Shown here: positions 10,156 to 19,155 of the stretch, in pieces
Position numbering within the stretch: position 1 is the first letter of the stretch
How the letters are laid out: every line of letters starts with the position of its first letter
Assembly: GCA_032718475.1 (NCBI GenBank)
Contig: JAUCBJ010005469.1
Location: 1-36,287 of the forward strand
Source of the DNA: Nemertoderma westbladi
Taxonomy: Eukaryota; Animalia; Xenacoelomorpha
DNA: 36,287 bases
Direction of reading: 5' to 3'
Notes under the pieces: generated by a model
Told to the model about the DNA's origin: nothing
Database searches by the model: none
Seen by the model: the letters and a program-made list of their open reading frames with translations, nothing else
Made by a program: the position numbers and the translations under genes

Positions 10156-12072
10156 ATGTCTGACACAAGGCAAACTCTGTCAGATAGTCTCCTAGAAACA
10201 ACAGTCTGTTTATCAGATAGGAGTATAGAGAATCCCAGACCGAGGTCTGAAACCCCTCCTACTGTAAGAAAGACAACCCCTACAGTAGCTTTGTCAGAAC
10301 CTAGGTTAGTAGAAGCAATTTCGCAATTCGCGAAGTTAGTGAAGCGCCGTAGGTCTATCATCGGTACTCGGGCCCAAGTTAAGCGGGATCAAGAAGCAGC
10401 TGCCAAACAGCAGCCACCTCCTAGCCAAGGACCTAGTTCTCAGCGGCCCGAGAGCTCCAGTAGTTCGGATACTGTTGAGCGGACGCCCGAACGCGGAGCG
10501 AAGATGGCGGATACGGTTTATGATGAACGGCCAACCTATGAAGAATCAACCGACGCCACTTCTTCTCAAGATGAAAGCGAAGGGACAGCGGAGGGGCCGC
10601 GAAAGAGAGATGCCATTGGCATCTATCTGTCAGACTATCAACGCTTTGTGGGAGATGAAGAGTTGAGGAGAAGGCTGGAGGGGCTTAGCCCTAATAGTGA
10701 AGGAACCAAGCTTGTGCTGGACGCAATCGATGCGGAAATGTTAGCTGCGAACCAAGCTAAATTTGATGAACAACTCCGCCTGACACGAGTCCAAGAAGAA
10801 CAAGTAAAGAAAAAACGTATAGAAGACAGAAAGAAAGCAGCAGTGGTAGCTGCAGAAGCAGAAAGAAAAGCGGCAGCGGCAAAGGCAGCGGCAGAGGCAA
10901 AAGCGGCCGAAGCTGAAAGAAAAGCGGCAGCGGCAGCGGCAGCGGCAGAAGCAAAAGCGGCCGAAGCTGAAAGAAAGGCGGCAGAGGCAGTGGCAGAAGC
11001 CGAACGGAGAGCGACTGAAGAAACCACCCAACTAGAATTGGAATACATTCAGGAGAATCAAGACTGCATAAATAAACAGTTAACAGCTAGTAATATGCAG
11101 ATGATGAATCGATCTACTCCCAAAAGACAGGGATATACATCATCTGAGGAAGGCGATACCACCGATACTGAAGGCAAGGGAAATAGATCTCGTCTAAGTA
11201 GACGTAAAAGAACATTCCACCGTCAGAAATTGCCTGATTTGCCTCCAGCTGTTAGAAGGCAACTAAATAACACCAACTTAGGTAGTACAGAGCCCACAGA
11301 CCAAATAATTAAAATAGAAAGACTCCCTACTATAATAGATGAGCCTGAAATAATTAGGCCTGTTCTTGAAATCACCCCTTCGGTGATAGACACACCTGTG
11401 CTCCCTGAAGTTACCTCTAAATTCCCTCTGCACAGCACTAAGCTACCTGTGCCCAGTAGAACAGCCCATGAGACAGTTCAGGTCCTGGACCCCGAGCGAA
11501 ATATTCATGATTTGTCGCCCGTTGTCCCTCGTCCGCCCGCTACAACGTTGGCGACTCCCGCTTCTGCGGTCGAATGGGTGGACGAGAGACGGCGGGAGAT
11601 GGATCTCCTGCTCGGGCAGATGCAGGAGACTGTTCAGCAATTCAAGGGCACAGTAAGGGAAAGTAGGTTAGAGTTGCAAAAGGTGCAGCAAAATATCGCG
11701 CTAGAACGTGATAAATTAGTAAATTTACAAAAGGGTATACCACCACCCCTTGTAACAATGTGTCAACCTGTTAGGTCTGAAGTATCTCATGCGCAAGGTG
11801 TGGAGCCTACACGCATCTATACTGCTAGCGAAGTAGAAACTCCTATAGTGAACCCTATTAAGGGTAATTATAAACCTGTTGATAATGATATTCCCTATAG
11901 ACCGGATCATAATCCGAGAAATTTATATACCGATAACTCGATATTAAATAACACGATGGCCCAAGAAAGTTTTACGCGTCAAATGGCTAGAACCGAAGCC
12001 CGGCAAGCGGTAAAGGTGGGAGAGATCGTCAAGTTCAATGGAGATGAGATGAAATGGTTACCTTTTAATTAA
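10156..12072 (+). CDS. Bel/Pao Gag N-terminal part: long low-complexity/coiled-coil extension and start of the DUF1759-like capsid
   Basis: 638-aa ATG ORF with an AEAKAAEAERKAAA coiled-coil repeat (~10849-11007). Ends KFNGDEMKWLPFN* in the same frame as the next ORF, separated by a single TAA. Confidence 0.82.
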   Translation: MSDTRQTLSDSLLETTVCLSDRSIENPRPRSETPPTVRKTTPTVALSEPRLVEAISQFAKLVKRRRSIIGTRAQVKRDQEAAAKQQPPPSQGPSSQRPESSSSSDTVERTPERGAKMADTVYDERPTYEESTDATSSQDESEGTAEGPRKRDAIGIYLSDYQRFVGDEELRRRLEGLSPNSEGTKLVLDAIDAEMLAANQAKFDEQLRLTRVQEEQVKKKRIEDRKKAAVVAAEAERKAAAAKAAAEAKAAEAERKAAAAAAAAEAKAAEAERKAAEAVAEAERRATEETTQLELEYIQENQDCINKQLTASNMQMMNRSTPKRQGYTSSEEGDTTDTEGKGNRSRLSRRKRTFHRQKLPDLPPAVRRQLNNTNLGSTEPTDQIIKIERLPTIIDEPEIIRPVLEITPSVIDTPVLPEVTSKFPLHSTKLPVPSRTAHETVQVLDPERNIHDLSPVVPRPPATTLATPASAVEWVDERRREMDLLLGQMQETVQQFKGTVRESRLELQKVQQNIALERDKLVNLQKGIPPPLVTMCQPVRSEVSHAQGVEPTRIYTASEVETPIVNPIKGNYKPVDNDIPYRPDHNPRNLYTDNSILNNTMAQESFTRQMARTEARQAVKVGEIVKFNGDEMKWLPFN

Positions 12073-14607
12073 TATTACAAAGATAACATACAGAACTCTG
12101 TGCTATCTAATGGAGAGAAACTTAGATTCCTCATCGAGTGCTTGGAAGGATCTCCCAAGTCAATGGCGTTAAAATTTATTGGACATCCAGATGGATTAAG
12201 ACAAGTTTGGGATACACTAAACATCAGGTATGGTAATAGGACTAACATAGCTAGGTATTTATATGCGAAATTAATGGCGCCCCGAAAGTTTCTTAGCAGC
12301 GGGATTATAGAGTTTTCCGATGAGATTCAGGAGATCTGTAGACAACTAGATTGGTTAGGTAAGTCTCATGAATACCAGAATTCTATGGTTGTAGGAGCCT
12401 TAGCATCTACTTTGCCCAAGGGTGGAGTAGGTACACGCTGGGACAAGAAGGTGTTATATACGATGGAACAACAACAACGAGACCCTACCATGGCTGATCT
12501 CATGTCATTCTTGGATAGCGAGGTGAAATTACAGCTCATAAAGCAGTCCAGAGAGAAGACAGCGGAAAGTAAGGTAAGTGAGAAACCCGTTTCTAGGAGA
12601 AGGGTAACACCAGTATGTTATACCGACGACGGTGAAAGCCAAACTTCTCAAGGAGAGGACAGCGGGAAAGACACTGACAGATCTTATTATGTCAATAAAA
12701 TGCCTAAAGATCAGGTAAGTAAATCCGAGTCTCGACCCAATGACAGAAGGGAACCGGTACAAAAAACCCTTCCTACGTCTCCTAAAAGAATTCAGGTGAG
12801 AAAGCCCGAGGAAAGAACAAGTGTGCACCACATAGCACAGGTTAAAGTAAGTAACATCAAGCCGAAATGTGTGCTGTGCGACGGGCCCCACCGTTTAAAT
12901 GCGTGTGATAAATTCCTGAGGAAATCACTAAAGGATAGACGTGAAGTCATGTGGGATAAGCGGTTGTGTTATAATTGCCTCAGACGAGGACACCAACGGC
13001 GAACCTGTTACTCCGACGCAAGGTGTGCAAAGTGCGGCGCAAAACATCATATCTTGTTGCACACGGAATTCGAACGAAACAGCCCGAGTCAGGTAAGTGA
13101 GTCCGAACTACATGTCCAATTCAGTGATGTGAACGACACTGATCAATCTGAGATGGAAGGATTCTATACGGACGAGTTCTCCGACGAAAACGAATCCTGT
13201 TACTTAATAAACACCACCGCAGTGTATCGAGCACTCGTGCATGAGAAAGACACAGACAGCGACCTTACCTTAACTACTTCTGATCAACAACCATCTTGGA
13301 AAGCGCCAACTTCCAATATAGGAATCCGAGAATTTCCTGTAGTCCAGTTACGGGTCCACGGACCTCAGAAGAGCTATATAGTGAACGCCCTCCTGGACTC
13401 CGGTAGCACAGGAACATTCATCGATAAAGAACTAGCCGAAGTCATCTTTGCTGGACAACCCAAGTTCCGAACCAAGCTAAACATGTCAGGGATCATGCAG
13501 GTTTGGAATTCTACTGTAGCTGCCGACTATTATATAGGTGAGTTGTCCACTCCACAGGATAAACTAGGAGAATACAGTATAAGGTCAGTCAAAATGGTGG
13601 CAATAAAGAACTTCGCTACCACCCAAGTGGAACCTTATAATTGGGACGAAGATGATCATGCCCAACAACTTAACATCCCTAGATTCGACACCGATTATCC
13701 TGGAGTACAAATATTAATCGGTCAAAACGCGCATGAGGCGCTGGAGACATTAGAGAAACGACCTACTCAACCGCAACCACTTCAGACCTATGCGGTAAGA
13801 ACTAGAGTAGGTTGGTACCTTACTGGACCTTCCCGTAGAACGCTCAGAGAAAGACTGCTTCAAGATCGCGTCTGCCAGGTGAGTGAATGGGAAGATGATA
13901 CTAGTGAGGGAGACGACCCAACTGAGGGAACACCATACTCCTCAGATAATGACGATATTAGCTCCAATGTAGATCAATGGAGATATTGCCCCAAGAAGTT
14001 TAATCCAACTGACATCGCTTCCAGAGGAGCAACTCCTCAAGAACTGACAGATACTACAGACCGGTTAGGTGAACCCGACTTCCTGAGTAAGGAGGATGAA
14101 TGGCCTCCCCATCTTACTCCGACTGAGATTAGACCAGCCAAGGGAGCGGAGAAAGTTAAACCTAAAACCCGGACGGGTGGAGCGGAGTTATTTGAACCCG
14201 GGATAGATCTGTCGGTATTACATATTGCCAGGGACGACGCCGTGGATCTGGACCTCCCCACCGCGAGTGGATCCTTCATGAAGATCAGAGAGAGCGATTG
14301 GAGCTCTGGAACATCAGACGTCTCGCAGGGACTCTCACCTCTCCTGCAGGGAGCGACGGACCACTATAGCTCCTGGAATCGGCTTTGTAACGCCGTCATA
14401 TACTTTGAGCGATGTTTCTATCGTCACTATTCCAGGACGAAGAGGAAACCTGGAATTGTATTCGGGATGCAGCGACTCAATCACCCAGTCGGTCGTTTGT
14501 GTTTACCGGAAGGGAATGGAGGACTCTCCGGAAACTGTGGAAGGCAAGATTCTCTTCCCACGACCACCTCCCTAATCCTTCAAACATCTAGGGACTCCAT
14601 AACGTAA
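12073..14607 (+). CDS. Bel/Pao Gag (capsid and three Cys-His knuckles), aspartic protease, and RNase H C-terminal remnant fused in frame
   Basis: LSNGEKLRFLIECLEG; Bel-type triple knuckle CX2CX3HX4C, CX2CX4HX4C, CX2CX3HH; protease ALLDSGSTGTFI, ILIGQN, AVRTRVGWYLTGP. Then directly QWRYCP..NPTDIASRG...PDFL..EDEWP and YSSWNRL. No RT or integrase motifs. Confidence 0.9.
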   Translation, partial: YYKDNIQNSVLSNGEKLRFLIECLEGSPKSMALKFIGHPDGLRQVWDTLNIRYGNRTNIARYLYAKLMAPRKFLSSGIIEFSDEIQEICRQLDWLGKSHEYQNSMVVGALASTLPKGGVGTRWDKKVLYTMEQQQRDPTMADLMSFLDSEVKLQLIKQSREKTAESKVSEKPVSRRRVTPVCYTDDGESQTSQGEDSGKDTDRSYYVNKMPKDQVSKSESRPNDRREPVQKTLPTSPKRIQVRKPEERTSVHHIAQVKVSNIKPKCVLCDGPHRLNACDKFLRKSLKDRREVMWDKRLCYNCLRRGHQRRTCYSDARCAKCGAKHHILLHTEFERNSPSQVSESELHVQFSDVNDTDQSEMEGFYTDEFSDENESCYLINTTAVYRALVHEKDTDSDLTLTTSDQQPSWKAPTSNIGIREFPVVQLRVHGPQKSYIVNALLDSGSTGTFIDKELAEVIFAGQPKFRTKLNMSGIMQVWNSTVAADYYIGELSTPQDKLGEYSIRSVKMVAIKNFATTQVEPYNWDEDDHAQQLNIPRFDTDYPGVQILIGQNAHEALETLEKRPTQPQPLQTYAVRTRVGWYLTGPSRRTLRERLLQDRVCQVSEWEDDTSEGDDPTEGTPYSSDNDDISSNVDQWRYCPKKFNPTDIASRGATPQELTDTTDRLGEPDFLSKEDEWPPHLTPTEIRPAKGAEKVKPKTRTGGAELFEPGIDLSVLHIARDDAVDLDLPTASGSFMKIRESDWSSGTSDVSQGLSPLLQGATDHYSSWNRLCNAVIYFERCFYRHYSRTKRKPGIVFGMQRLNHPVGRLCLPEGNGGLSGNCGRQDSLPTTTSLILQTSRDSIT

Positions 14608-15141
14608 CAACATATGGAGTGGGTGTGTGACTCTATTATTTTATATTATTTTATTATTTTTATATTTATGTATGTATTACTACGTAATTTTATTATATTC
14701 GTTTTATTTAATTTAGTAGAATCTTATTTAGCGATTATTTAGTAGAATAGTGCAATATATTCGTGTTTATTGCGTACGTAATTACGTATATATTATATTT
14801 AGTGCGACGGCAAGAAATAATTCTTTTCCTTCTTCCTTACTGTCCGTATTACATTACAAATACGTAACTACAGTAAGATGAAATGTCCGTACTTATTAAA
14901 GTACAATAAAGCCACTACTATATTCAAGTATTATTGGTAGGCAGAGTATTAGGAATGCAAAGTTCAGATCCTCGTGTCTCGGCTAAACCAAGCTCTGGGT
15001 AGACCTTGGAAACGACTTGCCTCTTCACACTGACATTGCTTCGTGCGATATTGCTCTCATACCGTATATTAAATAATACATATAGTAGCGTGATGTCCCT
15101 TTAACAGTAGCGTATAACGCAAAATAAATCTGTTAAACCCT

Positions 15142-15404
15142 TTGACCATCTGTAATTCTAGTCGATTAAGATATCGCGGCACCCACCGATATACTTGAAA
15201 GACAAATTCTAGAATCAGTGGTTAACGTCCCCAGACAAGTTCTGGAATAAATCGGTGCCCATCTCAAATATTAATTATTTAATATTTGCAAATCTAATAA
15301 ATCAAAATCTGTAAATTCAGATCCTTCAACAATTCTAGTCAATTAAGATATCGTAGCATTTACCGATATTCTTAAAAAGACAATTGTCATAGAATTAAGG
15401 ATCT
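15142..15404 (+). other. Duplicated ~85-nt long stem-loop (putative structured RNA element) in the 3' region of the LTR element
   Basis: Hairpins 15142-15225 and 15319-15404 share inner helices attcta/tagaat, gtc/gac, ttaag/ctt(g/a)a and atatcg/cgatat. The outer helices differ in sequence, but both pair. Confidence 0.7.
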
Positions 15405-17663
15405 TGTGTCCCCAGACATATTCTAGAATCAAAATATGTCCATTTAATTATCAAATAATAAAATTTCAGGGAATAATTTAAATTCATGACTTTTAATGAA
15501 TTTAATAAATTGCCATTTTTACGCAATTTATAACATTCCCAAAATTCCATTAATTAATAGATCAAGGGAGCGGAGATTTATCTTATTATGCCTATGAGTG
15601 TGCGAAAGTCTCCCAAACATAGTCAATAGCCGATAAAATTCATAAAGTCATGTATAAAACCGAACATTGACTATTAAAGAATACTATTAAATAACATCCC
15701 AGATCTGTATGCATTGGAATTACCCTAATTCTACCGCTAGCTTTGCATAATGTCACCATAGCAACAACCACGCTAGAATTAGAATTGAGTTAAACGAACA
15801 ATAGAAAGCTTGTCCCATTGAATAGCATAGGGAATAAATAGCGCACTACTAGTATCCAAGGATACATAATAATACAGTGACATTCTGGAAGGCATTGACT
15901 AACGGACAAATGGCCCGAATGTGCGTAGTTGTGACCAGTTGTGTGGTATTTGTGAGTTTATAGGTGAATGTTACTGCTAAGGTGTGTTTACAGTAGCTAG
16001 TCGCAATCGTAAAAGTAACCTAACTCTCCAAGGAAAACCTGAAGTACATCTAAGCCTTTGGGACGGACAGTTGAGTGACTTGTGCCGGTTGTCGTTGTCG
16101 TTGTGCGGCTACGTCGTTGGCGAAAGTACAGCGGCGACGACACATCGGCGCTGAGGATCTCGTACTGTCCGGGGGTTGATTGGGGTAGGCAGCGACGCCC
16201 GCTCGCCTAAATATAAACTCATTATAATATGGATAAACTCATATATAGCAGATATGACGGAGTTGATAGAAGATGGTCTTAGTATCGGGGAGCGATATAC
16301 TCTACTTTTACAAGCGTTTGTTGATAGCTTAATACGCGGCGACGTTAGTCCAACTGCTGCGGAGGACGATGGTCGTTATATCGAACCGCCAATGTCCCAA
16401 GAGCAGCTCGCGCGAGTTGGACTATAGAAAATTCGCTGCTCGATATACGCAGCGTAATGGTACGTATATGGTCTTCTTAACTACTGGTCATCCTATCGAT
16501 TTACATAATACGGACTATGTCGACTATATATCCTGCCCAGCGGAGTCGGAACCATAAACTGAAATTCGAATGCGAAAATTCTATTCGAAATCGACTCGAA
16601 AGAAAAGACACTAAAGAAACAAATAAACGCGGTAACTCCAACGTATATTTGGAATTCTTGATAGAAGCATTGTAACAACAAATAAATATCACCCGCGTTT
16701 CCCCTACCAGACGTGCGTCTTTGGTATTATTATGATAAATGCCCTAGACCCAACTAATAAACGGAAAGACATAAACATCCACGGAAACATTGTGTTAAAC
16801 ACAGTTGTGCTCGTTATATTTACTGGAGTTTCGAGCGAAACTTGTTTGACGTATCACCTATGCTCACTCGGCTCGAACGATCCTGGAGTAAACCTACGAT
16901 CAGAGTCCCGGAATACTCGGTCAAACCTCCTCATTCCTTAGTTGGACCTCAGACCTGCGATCCTGGTGGTGTCGCGGATCCTCGCAGACTGTATTCACTG
17001 TTCAAAGATCTAGTGCTACCCTAACAATTAATCGGTAACACTCCGACAGTGATTTCTAGCTAGCCGCCCATCTTACCTAGCCGGATTGTGACGCGGACAT
17101 TTAATATCGCCGTTTAACCCTTACCATCGTCCCGGCTTGACACGATATAACCTGTAACCAGAGTGGCGGAGAACGTTGTACCAAACGAGTTAAACGCTAT
17201 TCTACAAAGATCAGAAAGGAAACCTACGTTTGTTCAGATAAACGTAAGTTATAACAGCAAGTCCAAGCGATAAACGAATTGTCTTTATCTCAGTTCGATT
17301 GTAAAATCCAGAATCTCTAAGAAGATATCGCACTTAGACAACCCCATTCTCTGCGAGAGTTTTTGGATGAACGTATCCAGCTACGAGCGGAGGAAACTCA
17401 GCTCGAGGAGAAGCATATTGAAACGGCGGATACCCCGACCATAATCCTACACCTTCTGATGCAATCATATTGCACCCTTCACCCAGGATTTATAGCCCTC
17501 CTAGTAAAGTGGCTCCCCCCAAAGAGAAAAGGACTCTTGCTAGCCTCAAGAAACTGCGTAAACGCCGTCCGCGCAAAGAAACTAACTGTTTAGAGTATCT
17601 TTATGTTTTAGAAACTGTGATTTTTATATTTTATAGACTGAAAATCCCATTTTCTGGGAGCGG

Positions 17664-17813
17664 TGTAAAAGCTTTTGCTGAATTGTCCGGTTATTTTTCC
17701 TTATTTTCCCGTAAAATACTCTGTAGTTGGTTTACCAGGCATAAAAAGGCCGTGTCCTTGCTGTACTGGTGTTTTAGCGGACATAAAAGCTATTTCTTCT
17801 GTATTTGTACTTT
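17664..17813 (+). repeat. 3' LTR (first 150 bp only; truncated)
   Basis: Direct repeat of 6703-6852, preceded by PPT-like gggagcgg. Similarity ends abruptly at 17813. Confidence 0.88.
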
Positions 17814-17846
17814 GTGTTCCACATATACGGAGCTCTTCCCGTTGGT

Positions 17847-18097
17847 GGAGCCGGGGGTGGATGCGTTGCGGGAGCCGGGGGTGGATGCGTTGCGGGAGCC
17901 GGGGGTGGTGGCACTGCGGGAGCCGGGGGCGGAGGCGTTGCGGGAGCCAGGGGCAGAGGCGTTGCGGGAGCCGGGGGCAGAGGCGTTGCGGGAGCTGGGG
18001 GCAGAGGCTTTGCGGGAGCTGGGGACAGAGGCGTTGTGGGAGTTGGGGGTGGAGGCATTGGGGGACCAGGGGCAGGGGCCGGGGGTGGAGCCGGGGA
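17847..18097. repeat. GC-rich 24-bp minisatellite (ggagccgggggcagaggcgttgcg) x ~9-10
   Basis: Period-24 array. It explains the stack of overlapping repeat ORFs (EPGAEALR on plus, PPAPATPL on minus). Confidence 0.95.
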
Positions 18098-18918
18098 CGG
18101 TATTTCACTCATACTTGTTCTTATATACTATAATACTTACTTATTCTCTCAAACTGTAATTATTATTACCGTTGATTATTTTGTTTTATATATTATTGTA
18201 TACATTCCTATCGCAGTCATCCCATAAACTGAGTTTCCTGCTGATATTTTCACTTATACGCATTTTATTACGTGTTTATTTTATATTTTTGTCCAGTGAT
18301 GTTGATACCCGTTGGTAGTTTTTCTGTTTTTCTATGTTGTTGAATAATACGTTTTTCTGTTTTTCTATGTTGTTGAATAATAATTGGATGTCTTTATTTC
18401 AAGAACTAACAAATAACTGTAGACATTGATATGATCTTGAGACTTGACAAAGGGGGAAGGGGGGGGGGGTGGCTGGATGGGGTTCGAATTGAGACTACTA
18501 CTATTGGCATGCTGTATTGCAGCTGCATTGCAACTATTAAATAACTTCTCGTTTATTTGCATTCCGAAGATTAATTCTCTCTAAAGTTGCACTACCTACA
18601 AACACAATGAACCGGCCCATAGAGATTCATTGACATTGGGAAATTCAAGGGCTCTCATATACCTCAGTTTATTTATTTTTGTAAAATTGAAAATAATGAT
18701 TTGATGTTTAATATACGAAATGTTATGTTTGATAGCATATTAGAAAGCTACGTAATTCAGGATTAATAATACGTTAAAAAATTATTTATAACCATTGCGT
18801 CCATTGACCATTGATATAACCATTGCACTGCGTACAGATTGAGTTATGTGTCGATTACTGACGCCGTTATGTATAATTCTTTATAATAATCCTTTAATGT
18901 ATAATCCTTTAATGTAAA

Positions 18919-19155
18919 GGCAGGGTAGCTCAGTTGGTAGAGCGCCGGGCCTGCAATCTATTGGTTGTAGGTTCAGCCCTGCCAGGGTCCACTCAGCCTT
19001 TCATCCACTGGAGTCGATAAAATGAGTACCAGTTAAATAACTGGGAGCAAATCTTGGGATAGGAGTAGCGCCCACCCCTACCGTCGGGTAGCAGCTATCG
19101 AAAGAGGAGCCTTCGGGTCGCCTCCGGCTTCAGCCGACTGTTTGCTTGCTTGCTT
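18919..19155 (+). mobile_element. tRNA-derived SINE with a Nin/Deu-type conserved core and (GCTT)n tail
   Basis: Head ggcagggtagctcagttggtagagcg (A box) and degenerate B box ggttcagccc. Core ccactcagcctttcatcc...gtcgataaaatgagtaccag recognised from Nin-/DeuSINEs. 3' tail tttgcttgcttgcttt. Confidence 0.82.

Larger units (their letters stand above)
6703..17813 (+). mobile_element. Bel/Pao LTR retrotransposon, non-autonomous (gag-protease kept; RT, most of RNase H and integrase missing); 3' LTR truncated
   Basis: Identical TG-starting 150-bp direct repeats at both ends. Purine-rich gggagcgg (PPT-like) directly precedes the right copy. Internal Bel/Pao gag-pro ORF. Confidence 0.88.

Noticed and set aside
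10638-11048. Antisense Ala-, Cys/Arg- and Leu/Pro-rich ORFs
   Set aside because: Shadow frames of the gcagcg repeat in gag.
12070-12072. Programmed gag-pol readthrough at the TAA
   Set aside because: The stop lies inside the capsid domain, not at a gag/pol boundary, and TAA-TAT is not a known leaky context.
15590-15625. ctatgag...cgaaa as a hammerhead ribozyme
   Set aside because: The core is not CUGANGA and there is no stem II between the two motifs.
17470-18227. Plus-strand ORFs (EPGAEALR, GSRG and Gly-rich collagen-like) as real genes
   Set aside because: They are by-products of a stop-free 24-bp GC-rich minisatellite fused to LTR sequence.
18919-18995. Functional tRNA gene (Cys-like ctgcaat loop)
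   Set aside because: The T-arm/B box is damaged and the sequence runs straight into a SINE core and tail.
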